A DNA stretch of 52,911 nt from a virus (Duplodnaviria > Caudoviricetes): the IMG/VR virus record IMGVR_UViG_3300037478_000858, positions 1 through 52,911 of that record, one strand, 5' to 3'. How positions within the stretch are numbered: position 1 is the first letter of the stretch; each line of letters opens with the position of its first letter. This document shows, one piece after another, positions 9,719 to 20,348 of the stretch. The position numbers and the translations under genes are program-made. Under the pieces are notes generated by a model, which ran no database searches, was not told where the DNA came from, and saw nothing but the letters and a program-made list of their open reading frames with translations.

Positions 9719-11399
9719 ATGCAGCCCGAACCAACCCCTCCCCCCGCTCTCAGCCGAGCCCACCGAGCCGCCCATGAGCTGGCTCGCACGAACGTAAACG
9801 CGTTCATCCAGCAGACCCGCGGACGCCTGCCGTGGGACTCCGAGCACACCGACTCCGGCGTGACCGTCGTGTCGGGCCGCTGCACCGAGTGCGGCGAGCG
9901 GATCGACTTCGCGGTCCCCGAGGATCACCTCCTCGCTCAGGCTGCCCACCTTCGCCGCCGCGCCCGGCAGTTGCGCGAGAACCAGCGCACCGCCGACGAG
10001 CAGCTCGCCGAGCGATACGCGTCGAGGATCGACTTCATCGAGTCGATCGCCGCCGAGCTCGAGGGGAGAATCTGATGAGCGCCAACGCCATCGCGCGCGC
10101 CGCGCGGCGCGACGCCGACCAGCTCAGTATCGAGATCGACCGCCTGCGCTACGCCGCCCTCATGGGCGATGTAGTCGACGCCGCCGAGATCCGCGCCGAG
10201 ATCGAGAAGCTCCAGCGTCGCCTCGCCGACGACACCGAAGAGCTGGTCAAGCTCGCCGAGTCGCGGGCGGCCAAGGCGGCGTCGTGATCGATCCGGGGAA
10301 GTGGAAATGGTTCGGCTACGCCGGCCATCTGTGCGTCGCCGCCGAGTGCCGGTTCCACCTGTTCACCCAGGTCGGCGACCACCTGATTTCGACGGTGGGC
10401 GCCGGGCATCCCGGCGGCGGCGAGCGGAAGACCATCGGCTCGGGTCCCGGCGACTACTTCGAGACCTACGTCTTCGAGGCGGGCCCGCCGTGCAGCGCCG
10501 ATGGGTGTGACTGCGGTGGGATGCCGACGCTGGCGAGTTTGATCGAGCTTGACGGAGTTCGCGCTCGCACCGCCGCCGACGCTCAGGCGAACCACTTGAG
10601 ACAGAGCTGGCGGTACGCCGAGCTCGACGGGGCACCCCGATGAGCAACGTCGGCCCCTCCCAGATCCTCCGCGTCGAGTACGACCACCATGCGGCGCACG
10701 ACCCGTACACCGGGCGACCGCTCTACGACCTGCAGTGGTTCCACGTCCGCGCCCCGTTGCGCTCCGGCGGCCCGCAGCGCCCGGCCGAGCTCCCCGTCGA
10801 CGCCGAGTACCACTCTGGCTATCGGGACAAGGGTGGCGCACAGGCTTGGCTCTTCGTCTGCCGAGTCGCTCCAACCACCCAGACCTGCCCCCGGTGTGAA
10901 TCCCGAATGCGAGGCGCCGCGTGACCGCCCGTCGGACCGAGACTCGCACCCACGCCGATGGCCTGTTCAACGAGTCGGGCGGATGGCGCCGCTACCTCCG
11001 AGGACTCCCGGTGACGTGCGGCAGCCAGCTCGAGATGCGCGCCGGCTCACAGTGGGTGCCGGTGCGTTACGAGGCGAGCTTCCGCGGCGACGTCGGCCTC
11101 CGAGAGCGGCTCTACGTCGAACCCGGGCGGTGTCTGCTGATCGAGCTTGGCTCCGAGCCCGAGCTGCGCTGGAGAACGCCGTGACGCTGGCCTGCCAAGA
11201 GTGCGGCGAGACGATCAGCTGCACCTGCGCGCCGGCCGACGGTGGTCACTGCCTGTGCGCCGACTACACGTTCGTCGGCGACGCGGTCTGTTGGGACTGC
11301 GTCGCGGAGGCTGATCGAAAGGCCGACCAGCTCGGCCGCATGCACGACCGAGCGACCGCCGTCGCCTCGCACCTGGTCGGCGAGGACCTCACGAAGTGA
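9719..11399 (+). other. Coupled small early genes (9719-10075, 10075-10287, 10284-10643, 10640-10924, 10921-11184 DUF5348-like, 11181-11399)
   Basis: Tiled ORFs with overlapping start/stop codons, several Cys-rich; 10921-11184 has a VTCGSQLEM...WVPVRYE DUF5348-like pattern. Confidence 0.6.
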
Positions 11400-11782
11400 T
11401 GGGCGGCAAGCCGAGACTGCGGCGCGAGGTCGCGCTGTGCGAGTGCGGCAATCCGCGAGAGGTCGCCATCAACCAGTCGCTTGCGCTCCACGGGTGCGAG
11501 AGCTGCAACCGCATGGACGGGTTTGGCCCACGCCAGCGAGAGATCGTCATGCTCCTGCGCGAGGCCGAGGGCCCGCTGAAGACCTCGGCGATCGCTGCTG
11601 AGCTCAGGGTCAAGCACAACACCGCCGCCGTGGCCCTCAGCCGCGCCGTTCGCGCCGGTGTCGTCACCAGGCGGCTGGGCGACCAACGCCACTCCGAAGA
11701 GTCCGAGTACTACCTGCCCAATTTGCCGCCGGCGTCGCTCGACGCTCCTCTCGACGTCGCTTGTTCTCGAGGTCCACGATGA
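11396..11782 (+). CDS. Zn-ribbon plus winged-helix DNA-binding protein
   Basis: CECG...CESC then PRQREIVMLLREAEGPLKTSAIAAELRVKHNTAAVALSR. Confidence 0.6.
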   Translation: MMGGKPRLRREVALCECGNPREVAINQSLALHGCESCNRMDGFGPRQREIVMLLREAEGPLKTSAIAAELRVKHNTAAVALSRAVRAGVVTRRLGDQRHSEESEYYLPNLPPASLDAPLDVACSRGPR

Positions 11783-12789
11783 GTAACGCGTGCCCCGTCG
11801 ATGTCGACTACACCCGCGGCCTGGGCGGCTCGCAGATCGCTGCCGCGGTCGGGCTCAACCCGTACTGCCCGCCGATCCAACTGTGGTGCGAACTGGTCGG
11901 TGAGGCCGAGGGGTTCGAGGGCAACCGCTTCACCAAGTGGGGGAAGCTGCTCGAGGAGCCCATCCGCCAGGAGTACGCCGAGCGCCACGGGGTCGTCGTC
12001 GAGGTGCCCGAGCCGATCGTGGATGGCTGGAAGCGCGCGCGTCCTGATGGGCTGGTGTACGAGTACGACCTTCGCGAGCAGCTGCTGTCGGGTCGGCAAT
12101 GCCTGAACCCACGACCCGACCGCGGCCTCGAGGTCAAGACCGGCGACAAGTACACCACCGATCGCTGGGGCGAGCCGGAGACCGACGAGATCCCGATCGA
12201 GTACCTGTGCCAGGACACCTGGTACATGCACGTGACCGACCTCCCCCGGTGGGACACGGCCGTGCTCCTGGGCGGCAACGACTACCGCGAATACATCCTC
12301 GAGCGCGACCGCGACTTCGAGCGCTCGCTCGTCGCGCGCGCCTCCCACTTCTGGCATCACCACGTGCTCAAGCGGATCCCGCCCGAGCCCGACGGGTCCG
12401 ACGAGTATCGCGACTGGATCGGTCGCCGGTACCCGCACGTGACCGACGACTACGTCGAGGCCGACGAAGTCGCTGACCAGATGGCCGTGCAGCTGCGCGA
12501 CGTGGTCCGCGAGATCAAGAGCCTCGAGCGCGTCGAATCGAAGCTGTGGAACGAGCTGCTCTCGCGGATCGGCGACGCCTCCGGGATGGTGACGTCCGTC
12601 GGAAAGATCACGTACCGCCCCGTCAAGGGGAAGGCGAAGACCGACTGGGAGGCGATTGCCCGCGAGCTCGCCGACCGCCTCGGGCTGTCGACCCGCGAGC
12701 GACTTCAGCTCACTGCCGACAACACCGCCCGCGGCAAGGGCTATCGAGCCCGCCGCCGCCCCAACGCATGGACCAAGGAGATCGACTAG
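11779..12789 (+). CDS. YqaJ-like viral recombinase (exonuclease)
   Basis: GLGGSQIAAAVGLNPY, WGKLLEEPI, ARPDGL, GLEVKT, IPIEYLCQ motifs. Confidence 0.9.
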   Translation: MSNACPVDVDYTRGLGGSQIAAAVGLNPYCPPIQLWCELVGEAEGFEGNRFTKWGKLLEEPIRQEYAERHGVVVEVPEPIVDGWKRARPDGLVYEYDLREQLLSGRQCLNPRPDRGLEVKTGDKYTTDRWGEPETDEIPIEYLCQDTWYMHVTDLPRWDTAVLLGGNDYREYILERDRDFERSLVARASHFWHHHVLKRIPPEPDGSDEYRDWIGRRYPHVTDDYVEADEVADQMAVQLRDVVREIKSLERVESKLWNELLSRIGDASGMVTSVGKITYRPVKGKAKTDWEAIARELADRLGLSTRERLQLTADNTARGKGYRARRRPNAWTKEID

Positions 12790-13833
12790 ATGACCCGCAA
12801 CACCGACACCGCCGTCCAGAGGCGCCCGACCGGGCCGGTGGCCGCTCTCAAGCACTTTTTGACCGCGCGAACCGAGCAGCTTTCGGAGTGGGTGACCGAC
12901 GGTGTCGACCCGCGCGCTCTGGTCCGATTCGCGCTCTTCGAGGTCCAACAGTCGCCGCAGCTGCAGAAGTGCACGCCGGCGTCGATCTACCTCTCGCTCC
13001 TGGCCTGCGCCCAGGTCGGCCTCGAGCCCGGCGGCGTCAAGCAGGAGGCGTTCATCGTCCCGTACAAGGACCAGGCGACCTTTCAGCTCGGCTGGCGCGG
13101 GATCGTCAAGCTCGCCCGCCGGTCCGGTGAGATCACCGCACTGACAGCCAACGTCGCCCACGAACACGACGACTTCGACTTCGACCTCGGCTCCGAGCCG
13201 TTCGTTCGTCATCGCCCCGCGCTCGCTGATCGCGGACGGCTGATCGGCGCCTACGCGTTCGCCAAGCTCAAGACCGGTGAGCTCGATGTCGAGTGGATGT
13301 CGCTCGCCGACCTGGAGAAGATCCGCGGCGCCTCTCATGGTGGCCCGGCGTGGAAGGACTGGGCCGATCAGATGTATCGAAAGGCGCCGATCCGGCGGCT
13401 CGGCAAGAGGTTGCCGCTCGGCGGCGACTACATGCTCGGCGCCCGCCTGGACGAGCTCGCCGAGGGCAACGACCTCCACGGCTACCGCCAAGTGCTCGAG
13501 TCGACGGGTGCGGTGATCGACGTCGAGGCCGAGGAGCCCCGGCCGCTGAAGTCGGTCAAAGGCGTCGCGGCGGCGAAGCGGCGGCTGGCGGCGACCGCGA
13601 CCGCGGATGATGAGCCACCTCCCCACGGTGCAGACGAGACCCCGCCCGAGGATGATCCGCCGGCAGAGGCCGAGGTAGTCGACGAGCTCGGCGCCGAGGT
13701 GGCCGACATCGCGGCCAAACTCGACACCGGCAAGGTGACCAAAGGGATAAAGGCGCGGATCCGCAAGCTGCCCGAAGAGCACCGCATCCCGCTGATGCTG
13801 CGAGTCGATGAGATCGAGGGGAACGGCGCCTGA
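12790..13833 (+). CDS. recT: RecT-family single-strand annealing protein
   Basis: LQKCTPASI...AQVGLEP...AFIVPY...QLGWRGIVKLARRSGEI; W...MYRKAPIRRLGKRLP. Confidence 0.92.
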   Translation: MTRNTDTAVQRRPTGPVAALKHFLTARTEQLSEWVTDGVDPRALVRFALFEVQQSPQLQKCTPASIYLSLLACAQVGLEPGGVKQEAFIVPYKDQATFQLGWRGIVKLARRSGEITALTANVAHEHDDFDFDLGSEPFVRHRPALADRGRLIGAYAFAKLKTGELDVEWMSLADLEKIRGASHGGPAWKDWADQMYRKAPIRRLGKRLPLGGDYMLGARLDELAEGNDLHGYRQVLESTGAVIDVEAEEPRPLKSVKGVAAAKRRLAATATADDEPPPHGADETPPEDDPPAEAEVVDELGAEVADIAAKLDTGKVTKGIKARIRKLPEEHRIPLMLRVDEIEGNGA

Positions 13834-14246
13834 TGGCATCGCTCCGCGAACAGCTCGAGCTCCTCGTCGAGCTCGGCGAAAAGGCGACGCCGAGGCCGTG
13901 GGACATCCGCCGCGAGGACGCCGAGCACGGCGCGATTGACTACCAGCTGCACGTCGGCAACGGCGGTCACATCGCGTCCACTAGTGAGCTGGCCAGCGAC
14001 CAGGCCCGCCCCGACGCGCTCTACATCGCCGCATCCGCCAACTGCGCTCTGCCCCTCGCCCGGGTGGTGCTCGCCGCCCTCGACTGGTGCGACGACGACG
14101 GCACCTGCCATTTCTGCGCGCTCGGACAGCAGGTCGCGCCGCCGCCAGGCCGCGGGTGGCTCGGTGAGCCGCTGCCGACCCAGGAGTCCCACGACGACGA
14201 CTGCCCGCTCGCCGAGGCGGCGCGGGCGATGGGGGTGGAGCTTTGA
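13833..14246 (+). CDS. Ead/Ea22-like hypothetical protein
   Basis: EKATPRPW...DALYIAASAN pattern. Confidence 0.55.
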   Translation: MASLREQLELLVELGEKATPRPWDIRREDAEHGAIDYQLHVGNGGHIASTSELASDQARPDALYIAASANCALPLARVVLAALDWCDDDGTCHFCALGQQVAPPPGRGWLGEPLPTQESHDDDCPLAEAARAMGVEL

Positions 14247-14677
14247 TCTGCCCGGGTTGCAAGCACGAGACGAACCGCCCGGCCGTCCAGCCGCTGACTC
14301 CGTACCTCGACGCCAAGTGCGGCAGCTGCGTCCATCTGACAACGGTCACCCCGGGCGCTCGGAGCTTCCACAAGTGCGCCATCTCCGCGCAGACTAGGGG
14401 CCCCAGCACCGATGTCCGCCTCAAGTGGTTGGGCTGCGAGCGCTGGTGGCCGGCCAAGCAGAGCACCCGGTGCTCGGAGTGCGGCACCGAGGGTTTGCGC
14501 CTGGTCGCCGACGACGTTCCGAACCCGCAGCTCGCCTGCGATGGCTGCGGCGGAATGTTCGATCTCGATGAGTGGGTCCGCAAGGCACCGCCGTCGAGCC
14601 AGTGCCACTACGTACGAGCTGACGGCCGCTCCTGCCGTCACGACAAGGGTCACCGCGGACCTCACGAGGTCGGGTGA
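14243..14677 (+). CDS. Cys-rich multi-zinc-ribbon hypothetical protein
   Basis: Several CxxC pairs; coupled to the upstream gene. Confidence 0.55.
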   Translation: MICPGCKHETNRPAVQPLTPYLDAKCGSCVHLTTVTPGARSFHKCAISAQTRGPSTDVRLKWLGCERWWPAKQSTRCSECGTEGLRLVADDVPNPQLACDGCGGMFDLDEWVRKAPPSSQCHYVRADGRSCRHDKGHRGPHEVG

Positions 14678-14861
14678 TGGCTGCGATGCTACGTCGCCGG
14701 CCTATCCTCCTGCGTTCCACGCCCCTACGGGCTCGAACGACAGGCTCCGCCCCTGCGGGCTCGCCTGTGTCGCTCCGCGACGGGCTGTGCAACTCGGGCT
14801 CACGTCGGCCTTGGCGTCGGCGTGAGCTTCGGGGGACCACAGCCACGGAAGGGCGGGGGCG

Positions 14862-15635
14862 ATGACCGAAGCCGCCGCCGAGCTCGTCCTCGACATCGCC
14901 CGCCGCCACGTCCTGGCCGCGGTGTGCTTCTGGCCGGGGTCGACCACCACTGAGCTCGACAACGCCACCGGGTTCGGCGAGGAGGTCGTCGCCGAGCTGC
15001 TCGCCGAGCTCGAGGCCGAGCGGTTCGTGAGTTCGAGGGGGGGCTTGGTGGCTGAGATGAGGTGGAGCGTGCGCTGGCCGCGGCGACCACAGCCGACCGC
15101 CGAGCTGGCGCCGGTCGAGCTCGCCGCGGTGGCGACCCCGACCCGACTACACCGAGCCGCGCCCGTGGCCGTGGAGCCCGACATGACCCGACTGCAGTCG
15201 CTTATCGAGAAGGTCCGCGCCCGCCTGGTCCCCGAGGAGATCAACGGCGGCGAGCGCTGCCCGACGTACCTTTACCGCTGGCAGCTGCTCGAGCTCGCCG
15301 GCGTCAAGGTCTACCTCCATCGCATCGTCGCCGACGACTGGGCGCTCGACCTGCACGATCACCCGAAGCGATTCATCTCGATCGGTCTCGCCGGCAGCTA
15401 CCACGAGACGTCGGTCGAGGACGGCATCGAGCGCCGGCGGTGGTGGCACGCGCCCTGGTTCCGCACGTTCCCGGCTGAGCACCGGCACCGGCTTCGCGTC
15501 CCCTTCGGCGAGTGTTGGACGCTGGTGATCGTCGGCCGTCCCGAGCGCGAGTGGGGGTTCTGGTCGGACGGTCGTTGGATCCAGTGGCGGCGCTACGTCG
15601 AGACGGTGCCCGGCTCGAAGGTGGCCTGCCAGTGA
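14862..15635 (+). CDS. wHTH-like N-terminus plus cupin-like phage domain (possibly two genes; internal ATG 15183)
   Basis: YLYRW...VYLHRI...DLHDHP...SYHE...HRHRL...WTLVIVG...WGFW. Confidence 0.6.
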   Translation: MTEAAAELVLDIARRHVLAAVCFWPGSTTTELDNATGFGEEVVAELLAELEAERFVSSRGGLVAEMRWSVRWPRRPQPTAELAPVELAAVATPTRLHRAAPVAVEPDMTRLQSLIEKVRARLVPEEINGGERCPTYLYRWQLLELAGVKVYLHRIVADDWALDLHDHPKRFISIGLAGSYHETSVEDGIERRRWWHAPWFRTFPAEHRHRLRVPFGECWTLVIVGRPEREWGFWSDGRWIQWRRYVETVPGSKVACQ

Positions 15636-16087
15636 AGCGCCACGGCCCCCGCATCCGCGTCGTCTACGACTGCACCGGTTGCGCGTTCCTCGAGCGCCGA
15701 CCTGGGCACGACCGAACGCCCTGGATCGGGCCGGTCGGCCTGCCGATCCTCCTGTGCGCAGAGCCCACCGTGTCCGAGCGGTACGGCGAGCCGCAGGCGC
15801 TGGGGTACGACGGAACGCCGACCTGGTGCCCGTGTCGCGGAGCGGGCGCATGAGGTATGTGTACCTCGGCGATCGCTTCACCCGCGAGGACCTGGTCGGC
15901 GCCGGCTGCGATCCGGTCCGGCGCGCTGACGGCAAGTGCATCGTCGGCCGCAACGCGGTGCAGCTGGTCGACTTCGAGGGCGGCGAGCGGCACGTGGTGC
16001 TGCGGCGTCGGTTGCGACTGAGGAGCAAGCTCGGATGAAAGACGAACACGCAACGGCACCGCCGGCGGTGCCGACCTTCGCGACCCG

Positions 16088-16372
16088 ATGCACACCGTGA
16101 CCTCACGCGACCGCTTTGGCCTCGTCACAGTCTGCGGCGAGGAGTACGCCATCACCGACATCGGGATGCGAATGCTCATCGCCCGCGAGCTCTACCGCGC
16201 CCAGGGCTTCCCCTATAGCTACCGGATCAGTCTCGAGCACCACGGGAAGCCGCTCACGAAAACCGCGCAGGTCAAGATGTGCGGCAACTCGGTCCCGCCC
16301 CAGCTGGCGGCGGCGATCGTTCGGGCGAACTGCGCTGAGGCCGTGGCGCGGCCGGTGGAGGTCGTGGCTTGA
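16088..16372 (+). pseudogene. C-terminal remnant of a C5-cytosine DNA methyltransferase
   Basis: HTVTSRDRFGLV...DIGMRMLIARELYRAQGFP...KTAQVKMCGNSVPP (motifs IX/X); catalytic N-terminal motifs absent. Confidence 0.8.
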
Positions 16373-17757
16373 CCTACTATCAGAGATTCCTCGACTCCAA
16401 GCTGCAGCTCCCGCCATCGACCGGGATCGAGGTCGAGCCGGGAGTACTTGGCGAGCACCTGTTTCCGTTCCAGTCCTCGATCGTGCAGTGGGCCCTTCGC
16501 CGGGGCCGCGCAGCGATCTTCGCCGACACCGGGCTCGGCAAGACGTTGGTGCAGCTCGAATGGGCGCAGGCGATCACGAGAGAGACAGGCGGTCAGGTCC
16601 TGACGCTGGCCCCCTTGGCCGTAGCTCAGCAGACCGTGCGAGAGGCTGAGCGGTTCGGGATCGACGCCGACTACGCCCGCGACCACAACGACATCGGGGC
16701 CAACGCCTCCATCGTCGTGACCAACTACGAGCGGCTCGATCGATTCGGGGTCGAGGGCTTCGATGGCGTCGTGCTCGATGAGTCGAGCATCCTTAAGAGC
16801 TTCACCGGCAAGACGAAGCGCGAGCTCGTGGAGCGCTGCGCGTCGGTCCCCTACCGGCTGGCCTGTACCGCGACGCCAGCACCGAATGACCACCTCGAGC
16901 TCGGGAACCACGCCGAGTTCCTCGGGGTGATGTCCAGCCACGAGATGATCGCCCGCTGGTTCATCAACGACACCTCGACCTTCGGGACCTACCGGCTCAA
17001 GGGCCACGCGGTCACGCCGTTTTGGGACTGGGTGGCGTCGTGGGCGATCTGTTGCGCGATGCCCTCCGACCTCGGCTACAGCGACGAGGGGTACAAGCTC
17101 CCCGAGCTCCGGCTGGTCCCGCACGTACTTGACGTTGACCTTCTCGAGGACCGCGGCGACCAGCTCTTCCGCATGCCCGAGCTGTCGGCCACCTCGATAC
17201 ACCGCGAGAAGCGCCGGACCGTCCGCGACCGCGCCGCCAAGGTAGCCGAGCTCGTCGGCGTCGAGCCGGCCGAGCAGTGGGTGGTCTGGTGCGAGACCAA
17301 CTACGAGGCCGATGCGCTGGTCGGACTCATCCCCGACGCTGTGGACGTTCGCGGATCCCACTCCGCCGAGTGCAAGGAGCAGGCCGCTCTCGACTTCGTC
17401 GATGGCCGAATCCGGGTTCTGGTCTCGAAGCCGTCGATCTTCGGCTGGGGTCTCAACTGGCAGCACGTCGCCCGGATGGCCTTCACCGGCGCGACTTTCA
17501 GCTACGAGAGCTTCTACCAGGCAGTCCGCCGGGCCTGGCGCTTCGGGCAGACACGTCCGGTCGAGGTGCACGTCGTGATGGCGCAAACCGAGGCGTCGGT
17601 CTGGCAAGTACTTTCGGCCAAGCGCGACGGCCACGACGAGATGCGCGCGCAGATGTCGGCGGCGATGCGCCGCGCTCAGGCGCGCGAGTCGAAAGTCGAC
17701 CGTTACAACCCGACCAAGCCGATGGCGTTGCCGTCGTGGATGCGGAGGTCCGTGTGA
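16369..17757 (+). CDS. SNF2-like superfamily 2 helicase
   Basis: FADTGLGKT, VLDESSILK, ACTATPAPN, GWGLNWQ, QAVRRAWRFGQ. Confidence 0.9.
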   Translation: MTYYQRFLDSKLQLPPSTGIEVEPGVLGEHLFPFQSSIVQWALRRGRAAIFADTGLGKTLVQLEWAQAITRETGGQVLTLAPLAVAQQTVREAERFGIDADYARDHNDIGANASIVVTNYERLDRFGVEGFDGVVLDESSILKSFTGKTKRELVERCASVPYRLACTATPAPNDHLELGNHAEFLGVMSSHEMIARWFINDTSTFGTYRLKGHAVTPFWDWVASWAICCAMPSDLGYSDEGYKLPELRLVPHVLDVDLLEDRGDQLFRMPELSATSIHREKRRTVRDRAAKVAELVGVEPAEQWVVWCETNYEADALVGLIPDAVDVRGSHSAECKEQAALDFVDGRIRVLVSKPSIFGWGLNWQHVARMAFTGATFSYESFYQAVRRAWRFGQTRPVEVHVVMAQTEASVWQVLSAKRDGHDEMRAQMSAAMRRAQARESKVDRYNPTKPMALPSWMRRSV

Positions 17758-18647
17758 AGGTGCTCGACCAGTCCCAGGGTGACGACTGGGTGCTCTATCA
17801 GGGCGATTGCGCGGAGGTGATCCGCGGCCTGCCCGACGAGTCTGTCGGCCTGAGCGTGTTCTCGCCGCCCTTCAGCAATCTGTACACCTACAGCGACTCG
17901 GACCGCGACATGGGGAACAGCGCCGACGACGGCCAGTTCCTCGCGCACTACGGCTTTCTCGCCGGCGAGCTCCTGCGGGTCACGATGCCCGGCCGGCTCT
18001 GCGCCGTCCACTGCAAGGACCTCGTGGACTACGCGGGGAGCTCCGGTCGTGCTGGCCTGCGCGACTTCCCCGGCGACCTAATCCGCGCCCACGAGGCCGC
18101 GGGCTGGAAGTACCACTCGCGGGTCACGGTCTGGAAGTGCCCGGTCCGCGAGATGCAGCGGACGAAGGCCCACGGGCTGCTCTACAAGCAGCTCCGCCGC
18201 GACTCGACGTTCAGTCGCCAGGGCCTCGCCGAGTACGTCTTGGTCTTTCGCCGCTGGGCGACCGAGGGCGACGAGGTCGAGCCGGTCGAGCACACCGAGG
18301 AGACCTTTCCGTTGCAGCGCTGGCAGGAGTGGGCCTCTCCGGTCTGGATGGATATCCAACAGACCAACGTCCTCAACGTCGAACTGGCGCGCGAGGACGG
18401 CGACGAGAAGCACATGTGTCCTTTGCAACTCGATTTGATCGAGCGGTGCATCGCGCTGTGGTCGAACCCAGGGGACGCCGTGCTCTCGCCGTTCGCCGGG
18501 ATCGGCAGCGAGGGGGTGGTGTCCCGCCGCCTCGGCCGGCGGTTCGTCGGCGTCGAGCTCAAGCGCAGCTACTGGGAGCGGGCGGCCAGGAACCTCGACG
18601 AGGCCGCTCGGCAGCGCGACCTGTTCGCGGGCGTGGTGGGGCCATGA
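17754..18647 (+). CDS. DNA amino-methyltransferase (N4-C/N6-A, beta order)
   Basis: FSPPF catalytic motif, then VLSPFAGIGSEG SAM-binding motif; GTG start overlapping helicase stop. Confidence 0.9.
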   Translation: MKVLDQSQGDDWVLYQGDCAEVIRGLPDESVGLSVFSPPFSNLYTYSDSDRDMGNSADDGQFLAHYGFLAGELLRVTMPGRLCAVHCKDLVDYAGSSGRAGLRDFPGDLIRAHEAAGWKYHSRVTVWKCPVREMQRTKAHGLLYKQLRRDSTFSRQGLAEYVLVFRRWATEGDEVEPVEHTEETFPLQRWQEWASPVWMDIQQTNVLNVELAREDGDEKHMCPLQLDLIERCIALWSNPGDAVLSPFAGIGSEGVVSRRLGRRFVGVELKRSYWERAARNLDEAARQRDLFAGVVGP

Positions 18648-19624
18648 GCCGCCACACCTGCCACCTCCCCGGGTGCAATACCGCCTGCCCGCCGAGATAC
18701 CTGTTCTGTCGGCTGCACTGGTCGATGGTCCCGCGCGATCTCCAGCTCGAGGTCTACGCGACGGTCGGCGATCGCGGCAGCGCGATCGACGCCTCGTGGG
18801 CGCCGTGGTGGCGAGCTCAGGCGCAAGCGACGGCGGCGGTACTGCGAGCGATCGGCAAATGCGATGACGAGGCGCTCGAGAGCTGGCTCGCCAAGGAGAT
18901 GGCGGTCGCCGACGCGATGGAGCGGCCGCGGTGAGCTCCGCGATCGCCCATCGGCTCCAGGGCCTGCTCGCCGCCATTGAGCGCGAGCTCGACCGTTCGG
19001 GAGTCCCCGGCGAGCTGCTCGTCACGGTCTACTGCCGCGGCTCCGATGTCGTGCGCATCGGTGCCCGCGAGATCGAGGGCGTGAGGTGGAACCCGGAGTC
19101 CGGCCACCTGTCGTCGAGCCTTGACGACCGCGTGCGCCTGGTCGTGCCGGGTACCGAGCCGCCGACTCCGCTGCAGCTCGGCCGGGCGGTGAAGCGGAGC
19201 TTCACGCTGGTGCCCGAGGGTGATGGTGAGGGTGGGGTGCCGTTCTGATGGCGCTCCGCCCCCGAGCCAATCCGCCGATATGCTGGCTCTGCGATCGACG
19301 CCTGGCCTACGGCGGCCGTCGCTACAAGCTCGTGCTCGACCTGGATGGGCACGAGCACCCGGCGCACGTTTGGTGCGATCCTGAGCCGGAGGTGACTGCG
19401 AGGCCGACGGGGTGAGCGAGCTCGTCTTCGGCGGCCTCGACGACGGTGAGTTCGTCGGGACGCGCGGCTCGGCGAGGAAACGGCCCTTCTCGTTCCCGAT
19501 GCCGACGCACTGGTGCTTCGGGTCGAACGCCGACGGCCACAGCTGGGAGCAGCGAATGTCGGGCGCCCGGCGAGAGGTCGACGCGGAGCCGGAGCCGCCG
19601 GCTCAGCTGGAGCTCGGGCTGTGA
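18644..19624 (+). other. Small hypothetical genes (18644-18934 Cys/His-rich, 18931-19248, ~19248-19415, 19412-19624)
   Basis: Tiled coupled ORFs. Confidence 0.5.
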
Positions 19625-19815
19625 GCGACATCCCCCACGACGTCTGGATCTCGGTCAAGCGACTCGCCGATCTGGAGTACACGACCCGGAGCCAGGTCTA
19701 TCACCTGATCGACGCCGGCGTCATGCCGCACTCGCGGATCGGCGGGCGGATCCGTGTCCGCCGCTGCGACTGGCGGGCGGTGCACGAGGCGAGCGTGAAA
19801 GGAGGGACAGCGTGA
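19621..19815 (+). CDS. xis: Excisionase-like HTH protein
   Basis: ISVKRLADL...RSQVYHLIDAGVMPHSRIGGRIRV; near integrase. Confidence 0.75.
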   Translation: MSDIPHDVWISVKRLADLEYTTRSQVYHLIDAGVMPHSRIGGRIRVRRCDWRAVHEASVKGGTA

Positions 19816-20024
19816 GCAATCACCCCCAGGTCTCAGACCTCGACGAGAGCACCCAGTTTACTGACGCCGTCGATGCCGTCGCGATCGCCTACCGCTGCGA
19901 GCGGTGCGACGTCGAGCCCGGCGACTGGTGCCGGACATCGTCCGGTCGCCGCGCTCAATACCTGCACGCTCCCCGCATCGATCCGGCGTGGAAAGGCCTG
20001 CAGTGGGCCACCCAGCTCGGCTAG
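19812..20024 (+). CDS. Small zinc-finger protein
   Basis: CERCDVEPGDWCRTSSG...HAPRI. Confidence 0.6.
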   Translation: MSNHPQVSDLDESTQFTDAVDAVAIAYRCERCDVEPGDWCRTSSGRRAQYLHAPRIDPAWKGLQWATQLG

Positions 20025-20077
20025 CGAGAGGCGGAGCTCTATAATCGGCTTGCAGACGGCGCCGGATCCGGAGATGG

Positions 20078-20341
20078 TTGATCGACATGAGTGACGGCGA
20101 AAAACTGATCTGGGCCGCCGCCTTCGCATCCTGCCTTGCCGGGATGGACCGGACGGATGAGTCGAGCACAAGGATCGCAGCCGGGTTCGCGACCGATGCG
20201 GTTGCCGCAGTCCGCGCGCTGTCGGAGGACTCGATCACCGAGGGCATGGCCACGACCGAGGAGGAGGCCTTCGACGGTCGCGTGGTGGATTCTGCTCAGG
20301 CGGTGGCCCTGTGGCAGTTCAAGAAAGCAGGATGGTCGTGA
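20078..20341 (+). CDS. Hypothetical protein
   Basis: ORF just upstream of int; TATAAT at 20040 and GGAG upstream. Confidence 0.5.
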   Translation: MIDMSDGEKLIWAAAFASCLAGMDRTDESSTRIAAGFATDAVAAVRALSEDSITEGMATTEEEAFDGRVVDSAQAVALWQFKKAGWS

Positions 20342-20348
20342 GCGTCTC

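Noticed and set aside
11710-13839. Long antisense ORFs (709 aa here; also 16219..17634, 31568..33364, 36053..37606, 43803..44927, 48629..50581)
   Set aside because: Shadow or alternative frames of real GC-rich genes with no recognisable motifs. Only the antisense ORF inside the intein carries a coherent family signature.
20040-20045. Perfect TATAAT as a dedicated integrase promoter
   Set aside because: No matching -35 or extended -10 seen; a single hexamer is insufficient evidence.
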